Positions 10,149-18,714 of a stretch of 64,000 nucleotides of DNA are shown one piece after another. The position numbers and the translations under genes are program-made. Every line of letters starts with the position of its first letter. Position 1 is the first letter of the stretch. The DNA comes from Planctomycetota bacterium (GTDB lineage Bacteria > Planctomycetota > B15-G4 > SIAN01). The stretch is taken from assembly GCA_031409275.1 (NCBI GenBank), contig JANNXA010000009.1, forward strand, positions 1 through 64,000, given 5' to 3'. Below the pieces are notes generated by a model. That model was not told where the DNA came from. It was given only the letters and a program-made list of their open reading frames with translations, and searched no databases.

Positions 10149-11398
10149 ATCGCGTTGGCTACGTGCTGAAGAAGTTCCCGCGCTTGAGCGAGACGTTCAT
10201 CCTCACGGAGCTGCTCGCGCTCGAGGAGCGCGGCGTACCGCTCGTGATCTACTCGCTGCGCACGCCCGACGACCCGCGCTTCCACCCCGAGCTCGCCCAA
10301 CTGCGAGCCGAGATCCGCTACGTGCAGGCCGGCTCCTTCGCCGACGCGCTCGCTCGCCTGACGCGGCGCTCCGGCGCGGATCAGCGCGATGCGCAAGTCA
10401 CGCGCGCGCTTGCCTTCGCCAGCGATCCGTCGCTCGCGCCCGAAGGCCAGCCGCCCTCCGCGCTGCTCGACGAGGCGGCCGCCGCGATCCGCGTTGCGGA
10501 GCTCGCCGTGCAGGACGGAGTCACCCACCTGCATGCCCACTTCGCCACGGTCTCCGCGCGCGTCGCCGCGCTGGCCGCGTCGCTCTGCGGCATCTCCTAC
10601 AGCGTCACCGGCCACGCCAAGGACCTCTACCGCGAGACGGTCAATCCGCGCCTCCTCGACCGTTTGGCGCGCGACGCTCGCGCCTTCGTCACGGTGTGCG
10701 ACGCCAACGTCGACCATCTGCGCCACACGCTCTCGCCCGACGGCTTCGCACGCGTCCGTCGCGTCTGGAACGGCATCGACCTCTCCTGCTTCGGCGCGGT
10801 CGTGCGCGAACCGGTCGCGACTCCCACCGTGCTCGCCGTCGGCCGGCTGGTGAAGAAGAAGGGGCTGCACGTGCTGCTCGAGGCGCTCGCGCTGCTGGCG
10901 CAACGCGGCCGCGCGCCCCATCTGCGCATCGTCGGCGACGGCAGCGAGCGCGCCGCCCTCGAGCAGCAGGCGCGCGCGCTTCGCCTCGCCGATCGCGTCG
11001 TGTTCCTCGGCGCGCAGCCCTCCGATGGCGTGCGCCGCGAGCTGGCAGCGGCGACGCTCTTCGCGCTGCCGTGCGTGACCGACGACGATGGCAACCAGGA
11101 TGCGCTGCCAACCGTGCTGATCGAGGCGATGGCCGCGGGCGTCGCCTGCATCAGCACGACGCTGGGCGGCGTGCCGGAGATCCTCGACCACGGGCGCGCC
11201 GGCTGCCTCGTCGCGCCGAACGACGTCGCCGGCCTCGCCGACGCGCTCGACGCCTTGATCAGCGACGGCCCCGCGCGCGAGCGGCTCGCCGACGCGGGCC
11301 GCCTGCGCGCGCAGCGCTGCTTCGATCGGCGCCTCGCCGCTGCCGTCCTCTCGACGCTCTTCCAGCCGGAAGCGACGCACGTGGCGGTCGGCGCATGA
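10145..11398 (+). CDS. Glycosyltransferase family 4 (WcaL-like)
   Basis: YVLKKFPRLSETFI, HLHAHFA, HAKDLY, VGRLVKKKG, DALPTVLIEAMAAG. GTGA overlap. Confidence 0.92.
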   Translation: MNRVGYVLKKFPRLSETFILTELLALEERGVPLVIYSLRTPDDPRFHPELAQLRAEIRYVQAGSFADALARLTRRSGADQRDAQVTRALAFASDPSLAPEGQPPSALLDEAAAAIRVAELAVQDGVTHLHAHFATVSARVAALAASLCGISYSVTGHAKDLYRETVNPRLLDRLARDARAFVTVCDANVDHLRHTLSPDGFARVRRVWNGIDLSCFGAVVREPVATPTVLAVGRLVKKKGLHVLLEALALLAQRGRAPHLRIVGDGSERAALEQQARALRLADRVVFLGAQPSDGVRRELAAATLFALPCVTDDDGNQDALPTVLIEAMAAGVACISTTLGGVPEILDHGRAGCLVAPNDVAGLADALDALISDGPARERLADAGRLRAQRCFDRRLAAAVLSTLFQPEATHVAVGA

Positions 11399-12558
11399 AG
11401 TCGCTCGCCACCGCGAACGTCGCCTACCTCTCGACCGACCCCGGCATCTCGGCCGGCGGGACGAAGGGCGCCGCGCAACACGTGCGGGAGATCAGCGAGA
11501 CGCTGGCGCGCCGCGCCCGCCGCTGCACGCTCGCCATCGAACGGCGCGACGGACCCGAGCCGCTGCCGACGCTGCCGCTGACCACTCCCGGCGAGCTCCT
11601 CGCGAGCGTCACGGCATCCGGCGCCGAGCCGCTCGACCTGCTGATCGAGCGCTACGCACTCTCCGACGATCGCGGCCGCGCCATCGCCCGCGCGAGCGGT
11701 GCTCGCCACTGGCTCGAAGTGAACGCGCCACTGATCGAGGAGGCGCAGGCGCACCGCGGACTCGATGCCGCCGCAGCAGCGAAGGAGCGCGAGCGACTGC
11801 GCGAGTTGCTGCAGAGCGTCGACGGCGTGCTGTGCGTGTCGCCGCCGCTGGTGCGCTGGTGCGTCGACCACGGCGCCGACGCGGCTCGCGTCCATCTCTT
11901 CCGCAACGGCTTCTGCCAACGACGATTCGCGCACTTGCCTTCGCGCCAGGAAGCCCGCCTCCCGCTCCGCCTCGCGCCCGCTGCCTTCGTCGCGATCTTC
12001 GCGGGTGGCTTCCGGCCGTGGCATGACCTGCCCACCCTGATCGACGCGTTCGAGCAGTTGCGCGTCACCCATCCGGGCGCGCGCCTCGTCCTCGCCGGTG
12101 ATGGTCCCGAGCGCCGCAAGCTCGACGCGACTCGGCTCGCCTGTCTCGACGTGCTGGACCTCGGCCACGTGCCCGCGCGCGCGCTTCCGAGCGTACTGGC
12201 CGCCGCCGATGTCGGCATCGCGCCCAATCGCGCCAGCGGCGGCGACTGGTTCTGCCCGCTCAAGATCGCGGAGTACCAGGCGGCGGGGCTCGCCGTCGTC
12301 GCGACCGAGGGCACGGGCGGCCATGCGCCGCTCGACCACGACCGGACCGGAGTGCTGGTGCCCGCCGGCAACCACAAGGCGCTCACCGCCGCGCTGCGAA
12401 GGCTGGCCGACGATGCGCCGTGGTGCATCCGACTGGCCACCGCCGGACAGGCGCAGGCGCGGGCGCTGCATTCGTGGGATCGCCGCGTCGACGAGCTCGA
12501 ACGCTGGTGGCATGGCCCTGCGAGCGACGCGGCGCTCGCCGCTGGAGGCGTCGCATGA
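11395..12558 (+). CDS. Glycosyltransferase family 4
   Basis: GTKGAAQHVRE, IERYAL, LEVNAPLIEE, FRPWH, PLKIAEYQAAGLAVVA. ATGA overlap. Confidence 0.9.
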   Translation: MKSLATANVAYLSTDPGISAGGTKGAAQHVREISETLARRARRCTLAIERRDGPEPLPTLPLTTPGELLASVTASGAEPLDLLIERYALSDDRGRAIARASGARHWLEVNAPLIEEAQAHRGLDAAAAAKERERLRELLQSVDGVLCVSPPLVRWCVDHGADAARVHLFRNGFCQRRFAHLPSRQEARLPLRLAPAAFVAIFAGGFRPWHDLPTLIDAFEQLRVTHPGARLVLAGDGPERRKLDATRLACLDVLDLGHVPARALPSVLAAADVGIAPNRASGGDWFCPLKIAEYQAAGLAVVATEGTGGHAPLDHDRTGVLVPAGNHKALTAALRRLADDAPWCIRLATAGQAQARALHSWDRRVDELERWWHGPASDAALAAGGVA

Positions 12559-14384
12559 GTGCCGCCCCGCGACTTCCATCGCCGCGCCTCTACGTCCGCC
12601 TGCTGCGCCGCCTCGCGCCCCACCTGAAGCAGCAGCGCGGCCGCTTCGCGCTGGCCGTCGTCGGCACCTTGGGCTCCATCGCGGCAGAGCTGCTCGAACC
12701 GTGGCCGCTCAAGATCGTCGTCGACGCGGTGCTGGGCGCGCGGCAGGTCCCATGGCTGCCGACATGGCTCGCCACTCCCGAGGCGCATGGACGATTGCTC
12801 GCCGCGTGCGCGGTGGCGCTGGTCGTGCTGGCCGTCTTCGGCGGGATCTTCGCGTTCATACGCGAGCTCTTCGGCGCCGCCGCAGGACAACGAGTGGTGA
12901 TGAGCGTGCGCGAGGAGGTCCACGCGCACGTGCAGGCGCTCGGCTCCGACTTCCATCTGGCGACGCGCCACGGCGATCTGCTGCTGCGACTGACCGGCGA
13001 CCTCACGCTGGTGCGCGAGCTGCTGGTCGATGCGCTGCTGGAGATCGGCCGCCACCTCCTGCTGATCGTCGGCATGGCGATCGTGCTGGTGTCGATGTCG
13101 CCGCAGCTCGGCCTCGTCGCGCTTGCGGTGGTGCCGCTGATCGCTGCGCTGCAGCATCTCTTCCAGCGCAAGATCGCCGCCACCGCCGCGAAGACGCGCG
13201 AGAACGAGGCGCGGCTCGCGTCGCACACCGGCGAGATGCTCGCCGCGATGGACCTCGTGCACGCCTACCAGCTCGAGGATCGCCTCACCGAGCGCTTCCA
13301 CGACAGCAATCGCAAGAGCCTCAAGTCGGGTCTCGCCGGCACCAAGCTGCAGGCGCGGCTGGCCCGCTCGCTGGAGCTGGCGCTGGCGATCGGCGTCGCG
13401 GCGACGCTGTGGCTCGGCGCGCGCGAAGTGCAGTCGGGCGCGATGACCACGGGCAGCCTGCTGGTGCTGCTCGCCTACGTGAAGAACACCTACAAGCCGC
13501 TGCGCCAGCTCTCGCAGCGAGCGGCGCGCGCGGCGAAGGCGGCGGGCGCGGCGACGCGGCTGCTCGAACTGCTGGAGGTCGAAGCCACCGTCGTCGAGAA
13601 GGCCGATGCACGGCCGCTCGCCGCCGACGCGCCGGCGCGCATCGAGTTCCGCGGCGTCGGCGTCCGCTTCGGCGCCGACGCGACCCGTGTCCTCGCGGGA
13701 GTCGACCTCGTCGTCGAGCCGGGGCGTCGCGTGCTGCTGCTCGGCCGCAACGGCGCCGGCAAGAGCACGCTCCTCTCGCTGCTGCCGCGCCTGCGCGATC
13801 CGTCGTCCGGCAGCGTCCACATCGGCGGCGTCGACGTGCGTGACGTCACGCTCGCGTCGTTGCGCGCGCGCATCGGCTGGCTGCAGCAGGACCCCGCCCT
13901 CTTCGACGGCACCATCGCCGACAACCTGCGGCTGGGTCGCGCCGACGCCAGCGCCGCGGATCTCGCGGCCGCAGCGCAGCGCGCCGGATTGCCCGCGGCC
14001 TTCGGCGACGCCGTGCCGCTCGACGAGCTGCTGGAGCGCAAGGTCGGCGAGCGCGGCCGCAAGCTCTCGGGCGGTCAGCGGATGCGCATCGCGCTCGCGC
14101 GCCTGCTGCTGCGCCGCCCCGCGATCGTGCTGCTCGACGAACCGGAGGCAGCCGTCGATGCGCGTTCGCGCGGCGCCTTGCTGCGCGAGCTCTTCGCGGC
14201 GCTCCCCGATGCCACCGCGCTGGTCATCTCGCATGCGGTGAGCGCGCCGGAGCTCTTCGACGAAGCGGTGTTGCTCGACGATGGGCGCATCGTGGCGCGC
14301 GGACCGGTGGCCGACGTGCTGGCCGCGGGCGGCGCACCGATCGCGACCCCGCTTGACGCGTCTTCGCGCGACGGGAGCCGCTGA
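12555..14384 (+). CDS. ABC exporter, fused permease/ATPase (MsbA-like)
   Basis: N-terminal TM domain (LLEPWPLKIVVD, GDLLLRLTGD). Walker A GRNGAGKS, LSGGQ signature, LLDEP. ATGA overlap. Confidence 0.93.
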   Translation: MSAAPRLPSPRLYVRLLRRLAPHLKQQRGRFALAVVGTLGSIAAELLEPWPLKIVVDAVLGARQVPWLPTWLATPEAHGRLLAACAVALVVLAVFGGIFAFIRELFGAAAGQRVVMSVREEVHAHVQALGSDFHLATRHGDLLLRLTGDLTLVRELLVDALLEIGRHLLLIVGMAIVLVSMSPQLGLVALAVVPLIAALQHLFQRKIAATAAKTRENEARLASHTGEMLAAMDLVHAYQLEDRLTERFHDSNRKSLKSGLAGTKLQARLARSLELALAIGVAATLWLGAREVQSGAMTTGSLLVLLAYVKNTYKPLRQLSQRAARAAKAAGAATRLLELLEVEATVVEKADARPLAADAPARIEFRGVGVRFGADATRVLAGVDLVVEPGRRVLLLGRNGAGKSTLLSLLPRLRDPSSGSVHIGGVDVRDVTLASLRARIGWLQQDPALFDGTIADNLRLGRADASAADLAAAAQRAGLPAAFGDAVPLDELLERKVGERGRKLSGGQRMRIALARLLLRRPAIVLLDEPEAAVDARSRGALLRELFAALPDATALVISHAVSAPELFDEAVLLDDGRIVARGPVADVLAAGGAPIATPLDASSRDGSR

Positions 14385-15727
14385 TGACGTCGAAGTTCGA
14401 CACGACCGGCTTCCGGCTCCCGCACGCCGCGCGCGCTCTCGACTCCGACGCCATCGGAGCAGAGCTGCGGGCGACCCTCTTCGCCAACGGTCCGAGTGTG
14501 CGCGCCGTGCGGCCGTGCTACTTGCGCCTCAAGCCAGCCACAGCGCTCTTCGTGCTGTGGGAGGTCGATCTCGACGTCGACGCCGACGTCGGATTGCGCC
14601 ACGAGTACGTCGAGCTCTCGACCGGCAACGGGACGCTCTTGCGTCAGGAACAGCGCAAGTGGGAGACGCTCCACCCGTCGCTGCTGCCGCGCGAGCGCTA
14701 CCTCGCCTTCGACGCCGCGCACGACACGATCCTCGCCCGTCTCCCGTTCGACCTCGAATTGCGCCGACTGCCGCGTCTCCTCGATCCGGAGGGGATCAAG
14801 TGGGTCGTCGAAACGCTCGACGCGCCGTTCGGTGACGGCCGCTCCGTCGCGATCCGGGCGCGCGGATCGAGCGGCACGCTGCTGAGCTTCCGGCCGCGCC
14901 GTCGCGCGGTCGTGCGCCTCGACCTGCGCGGTCGCGACGGCGAGGAGACGGTGGCGCGCCACGCCATTGCCCGCGAATTCGCGGCGCCGCCGATCAGCGG
15001 CCTCGCCTGGCGCCGAGCACTCGAACCGGGAGCATGGCCGCGCCTCCTTTCCGCGAGCGGCGACGCCACGCTGCTGCTCGAGACGCTCCTGAGCGGCGCG
15101 CCGTGGAGCGGCGCCGCACCCAGCGAGCGCGTGCCCTTCCCATGCGCGGCCGTCGGTGCGTTGGTCGGCCGCTTCCACGCCGCGACGCAGCGCGTGCTCG
15201 AACCGTTCACCACTCCCCCACGAAGCTGGTCGCAGGAGCTCGAGGCCGCGCGTGCCGTCGTCGTCGACATCGCGGCGCTCGCCCCCGCTCTGGCCGCCGC
15301 GGCGCAGAGCAGCCTGCGCGCGGTGGCGACGTGGTCGCCGCGCGAAGGCGAGCTGGTCGGAGTCCATGGCGATCTGCACGCCGGCCAGTTCCTGTTCGAC
15401 GCCGACGGCCACGTCGCGCTGTGCGACCTCGATCGCGCGGCGCCTGGTTCGCGGGCGAAGGACCTCGGCCGCCTCGTCGCCGACCTCGAGCGCCATTCGG
15501 CGTTGCCGCACGGCGGGGTTGCCGCGTTGCTCGACGGCTACGCCCAGGGCAGCGGCGTGTCGCTCGATGCCGAAGCGCTGCTGCCGTGGATCGCGCTCGC
15601 CCATCTGCAGGCGGCGAGCGAGCCGCTGCGCCGCTGCCTGGCCGACGCCGCCGCCACGACCGCGCGCCAGCTCGAACGCGCTGCGCAGCTTGGCCGTGAC
15701 GCGAGCCGCGCGGAGGCCACTTCATGA
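14384..15727 (+). CDS. APH/choline-kinase-like phosphotransferase 1
   Basis: HGDLHAGQF and LCDLD motifs; TGATG coupling with the ABC gene. Confidence 0.8.
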   Translation: MTSKFDTTGFRLPHAARALDSDAIGAELRATLFANGPSVRAVRPCYLRLKPATALFVLWEVDLDVDADVGLRHEYVELSTGNGTLLRQEQRKWETLHPSLLPRERYLAFDAAHDTILARLPFDLELRRLPRLLDPEGIKWVVETLDAPFGDGRSVAIRARGSSGTLLSFRPRRRAVVRLDLRGRDGEETVARHAIAREFAAPPISGLAWRRALEPGAWPRLLSASGDATLLLETLLSGAPWSGAAPSERVPFPCAAVGALVGRFHAATQRVLEPFTTPPRSWSQELEAARAVVVDIAALAPALAAAAQSSLRAVATWSPREGELVGVHGDLHAGQFLFDADGHVALCDLDRAAPGSRAKDLGRLVADLERHSALPHGGVAALLDGYAQGSGVSLDAEALLPWIALAHLQAASEPLRRCLADAAATTARQLERAAQLGRDASRAEATS

Positions 15728-16908
15728 ACTCCGCCGCTCGCCCTGCCAACACTGCCGTGCCGCCCGCGTTGCCGCGCGCCGAGACGCTTGCCGCCCTGCT
15801 CGAGCCCCACGTCGGCTGGAGCGGCGCGCTCGGCGGTGGCGACTTCCACCTCGAGCGATGGCTGCGTTGGCCCGGCGACGAGTTCGGCGGTCGCTACCGG
15901 ATCGAGGCGCTGCGACCGTTGCGCGGCGCGATGGATGGCTGCCTCTTCGTGCGATGCGGCACCGAAGTCCGCTCGCAGCACGAAGTGGCGTTGCCAGCCG
16001 CGGGTGTCATCTTCCAACCCTTCCCGCGCGACGACGCCCTGCCGGGCCTGCACGCGCTGATCCGCGATGGCGCGCGGCCGCTCGCGTGGCGACCAGGCCG
16101 GCGCGCGGTCGTGATCGAGCGTGGAGCCGCGGGTCCGAGCTACTGGAAGGTGCTCGACCGCAAAGGGTTCGCACGGCTGGCGGAGAAGGTGCGCGCACCG
16201 GCGTGGCGAACGCTCGAAGCGGCGGGACTCGTCGCGGTCACGGCGGTCGACGACGAGCGGCGCGCCATCGCCTTCGCGGCAGCGCGCGGTGCGAGCCTGC
16301 ACGCGTTGCTTGCCCGCGACGCGGCGCCGACGGCGGCGACGCTCGCCGACGGCCTCACCCGTTTCGCCGCAGCAGGCAGCGCCTACGCCGCTGCGGGCGG
16401 CTCGCTGCCACTCTTCGGCGTCGACGACGAACAGCACGCGCTGCAGCGCGCCTGCGACTTCGCGACGCGCATCGACCCCGCGCTGACGAAGCCGCTCGCG
16501 CGCGGGATCACCGCGCTGCGTCGCCCGAGCAAGCTCGGCGCGCAGGGGTTGCTGCACCGCGACCTCCACGACAAGCAGCTCTTCCTCGACGACGCCGGCG
16601 CGCTGCAGCTGATCGACGCCGACACCGTCGCGCACGGGCCGCTGGCGCTCGATGTCGCCAACCTTGCCGCCCACTTCGTGCTGCGGGAGCTGCAGGGAGT
16701 GGCGCGAAACGGCCGCACGCAAGCGCTCGCGCTGCTCGACGCGGCCGGCGTGGAGTTGCGACGTGTCGGCGCACCGGCGCGCTTCTTCCTGGCCGGCAGC
16801 CTGCTGCGCCTCGCCGCCGTCTACGCGCTGCGCCCTCGCCACGAGGCGCTGGTCGCGCCGCTACTCGAGCGTGCGCACCAGGTCGCCGCGAAGGGAATGC
16901 TCTCATGA
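15724..16908 (+). CDS. APH/choline-kinase-like phosphotransferase 2
   Basis: WRPGRRAV, YWKV, HRDLHDKQLF, IDAD, DVANLAAH. ATGA overlap. Confidence 0.82.
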   Translation: MNSAARPANTAVPPALPRAETLAALLEPHVGWSGALGGGDFHLERWLRWPGDEFGGRYRIEALRPLRGAMDGCLFVRCGTEVRSQHEVALPAAGVIFQPFPRDDALPGLHALIRDGARPLAWRPGRRAVVIERGAAGPSYWKVLDRKGFARLAEKVRAPAWRTLEAAGLVAVTAVDDERRAIAFAAARGASLHALLARDAAPTAATLADGLTRFAAAGSAYAAAGGSLPLFGVDDEQHALQRACDFATRIDPALTKPLARGITALRRPSKLGAQGLLHRDLHDKQLFLDDAGALQLIDADTVAHGPLALDVANLAAHFVLRELQGVARNGRTQALALLDAAGVELRRVGAPARFFLAGSLLRLAAVYALRPRHEALVAPLLERAHQVAAKGMLS

Positions 16909-18665
16909 CGAGCGCTCGTTCGACCGCGCTGCGAAGCCTCGCGCTGACGCTGGCGTTCCTCATCGCTGGCTGCATCGGCCCGTTCGCGCCGCCGCGCGTG
17001 CTCGCGCCGGGCCTGCGCGTCGAGGTCGAGGCGCCGGTCGCGACTCCGACCTCGGCCGTCGAGGTCGACGAGAAGACGCCGGCGGACGGGATCGACGTCA
17101 CCGCCCCCATCGAGGTGCTGACCGACGGCCGTCCGGCCATGCTCGGCGTGCCGTTGTCGTTGTCGAAGAGCGTCGACTACGAGGACGCCGACAAAGCGAC
17201 GATCGCGCCCTTCGAGCTCGCGCCTGGAACCTGGGTGCGCGCGCGCGGGAGCGAGCGCGACGGGACATTCCATGTCCGGCTGTTGCGGAAGTCGTCGCCG
17301 CGGGAACGGGTCGAAGTCGAGGGAATCGTGACCGCCATCGACGGCGATCCGCAGGCGCCGCAACGCCTCGTGCTGGCGCCGTTCGCGTTCGCGATGAGCC
17401 CGGGGGCCGACCTCACCGTCGCCCCCGATTCGCCCGCCTGGCGCCAGTTCTTCGAGCAAGGCCCGCTGGCGCGACGCGCCGCGAAGGAGCAGAAGTTCGT
17501 CCCGTTCACGTTGGCGCTCGGCGATTCGGTTCGCCTCGGCGGTCAGCTCGCCGGCGAGATCACGCGCGAGCAGAACTTCGACCTCGAACACCCGCGCGCA
17601 CGCGACGCGACGAAGTCGCAGGCGACGCTCGAACTGCATGGCCTCTGGCGCATCGCGGGCGACGCCTTCTTGCTGGCGTCGGTCGAGCAGAAGTGGGCGC
17701 ATCAGCAGATCGAGCAGCGACGCAACGTGCACGACGACGGCATGCGGCCGAAGGAGGCCTACCTCTTCCTGCCCGACGTCGTCGGCGACGGACTGCACCT
17801 GCAGGTCGGCCGCCAGGACCTCGACGAGCGGCGCGAGTGGCTCTACGACGAGACGGTCGACGGCGTGCGCGCCTACCTCGAGCTTGGGCGGCTCTCGCTG
17901 GAGGGGTCGGCGTCGGTGATGCCGCACGCGCTGGCCGACGACGTCGAGTTCGCGCAGAACCTGATCGCCAATGCGACCTGGCGTGCCAGCGAGGCGTGGT
18001 TCCTCGATGCCTATGTCATCGATCGGCGCAGCCGCGACCTCGACACCTTCAGCCCCTTCCACTACGGCCTGCGCAGCTACGCCAAGCCCGACGTCGGACT
18101 TGCCCACTGGCTCGAGCTGGCGCGCGTCGATGGGCTGGCGGACGGACGACGACTGCGCGGCTACGCCATCGACGGCGGCGTCACCTACGTCGCGGACGCG
18201 CCGCTCGAACCGTCGCTGACGCTGGGCTACGCGCTCGGCAGCGGCGATCGCTCGCCCGACGGCAGCGATGCGACCTTTCGCCAGACCGGGCTGCAGGACA
18301 ACAACGGCAAGTGGAACGGCGTGACGTCGTTCCGCTACTACGGCGAGGTCCTCGATCCGGAGCTCTCGAACCTGCAGGTCGCCACGCTCGGCGTCGGCCT
18401 GCGGCCGTGGCGGCAGTGCTCGATCGACCTGGTCGGCCACGCGTACCGCCAGCAGTTCGCCGTCGCGCAGCCGCTGCGCGCGCAGATCGACGAGACGACC
18501 GACGGAGTCCATCGCGACCTCGGCCGCGAGATCGACCTGATCCTCGGTTGGCGCGCCCGCTACGTCACCGCCGAGGTCGTCGCCGGTCTCTTCGATCCTG
18601 GCAGCGCCTTCGCGAAGGACGACCCCGCCCTGCTCTTCGCGGCGCAGCTGCGCTGCAAGTTCTGA
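16905..18665 (+). CDS. Alginate-export (AlgE-like) outer-membrane porin with N-terminal DUF5666-like OB repeats
   Basis: Lipobox-like IAGC. QVGRQDLDERREWLYDETVDGVR and FRQTGLQDN...YYGEVLDPELSNL resemble AlgE. C-terminal Phe. ATGA overlap. Confidence 0.83.
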   Translation: MTSARSTALRSLALTLAFLIAGCIGPFAPPRVLAPGLRVEVEAPVATPTSAVEVDEKTPADGIDVTAPIEVLTDGRPAMLGVPLSLSKSVDYEDADKATIAPFELAPGTWVRARGSERDGTFHVRLLRKSSPRERVEVEGIVTAIDGDPQAPQRLVLAPFAFAMSPGADLTVAPDSPAWRQFFEQGPLARRAAKEQKFVPFTLALGDSVRLGGQLAGEITREQNFDLEHPRARDATKSQATLELHGLWRIAGDAFLLASVEQKWAHQQIEQRRNVHDDGMRPKEAYLFLPDVVGDGLHLQVGRQDLDERREWLYDETVDGVRAYLELGRLSLEGSASVMPHALADDVEFAQNLIANATWRASEAWFLDAYVIDRRSRDLDTFSPFHYGLRSYAKPDVGLAHWLELARVDGLADGRRLRGYAIDGGVTYVADAPLEPSLTLGYALGSGDRSPDGSDATFRQTGLQDNNGKWNGVTSFRYYGEVLDPELSNLQVATLGVGLRPWRQCSIDLVGHAYRQQFAVAQPLRAQIDETTDGVHRDLGREIDLILGWRARYVTAEVVAGLFDPGSAFAKDDPALLFAAQLRCKF

Positions 18666-18714
18666 AACCCGAGAAACGAACCAACCCATCCATCCCGATT
18701 GAAGGAGAAGTCCG

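Noticed and set aside
14384..16908. Aminoglycoside resistance genes
   Set aside because: Only the fold-level motif is shared; they are longer than APH enzymes and embedded in a biosynthetic operon.
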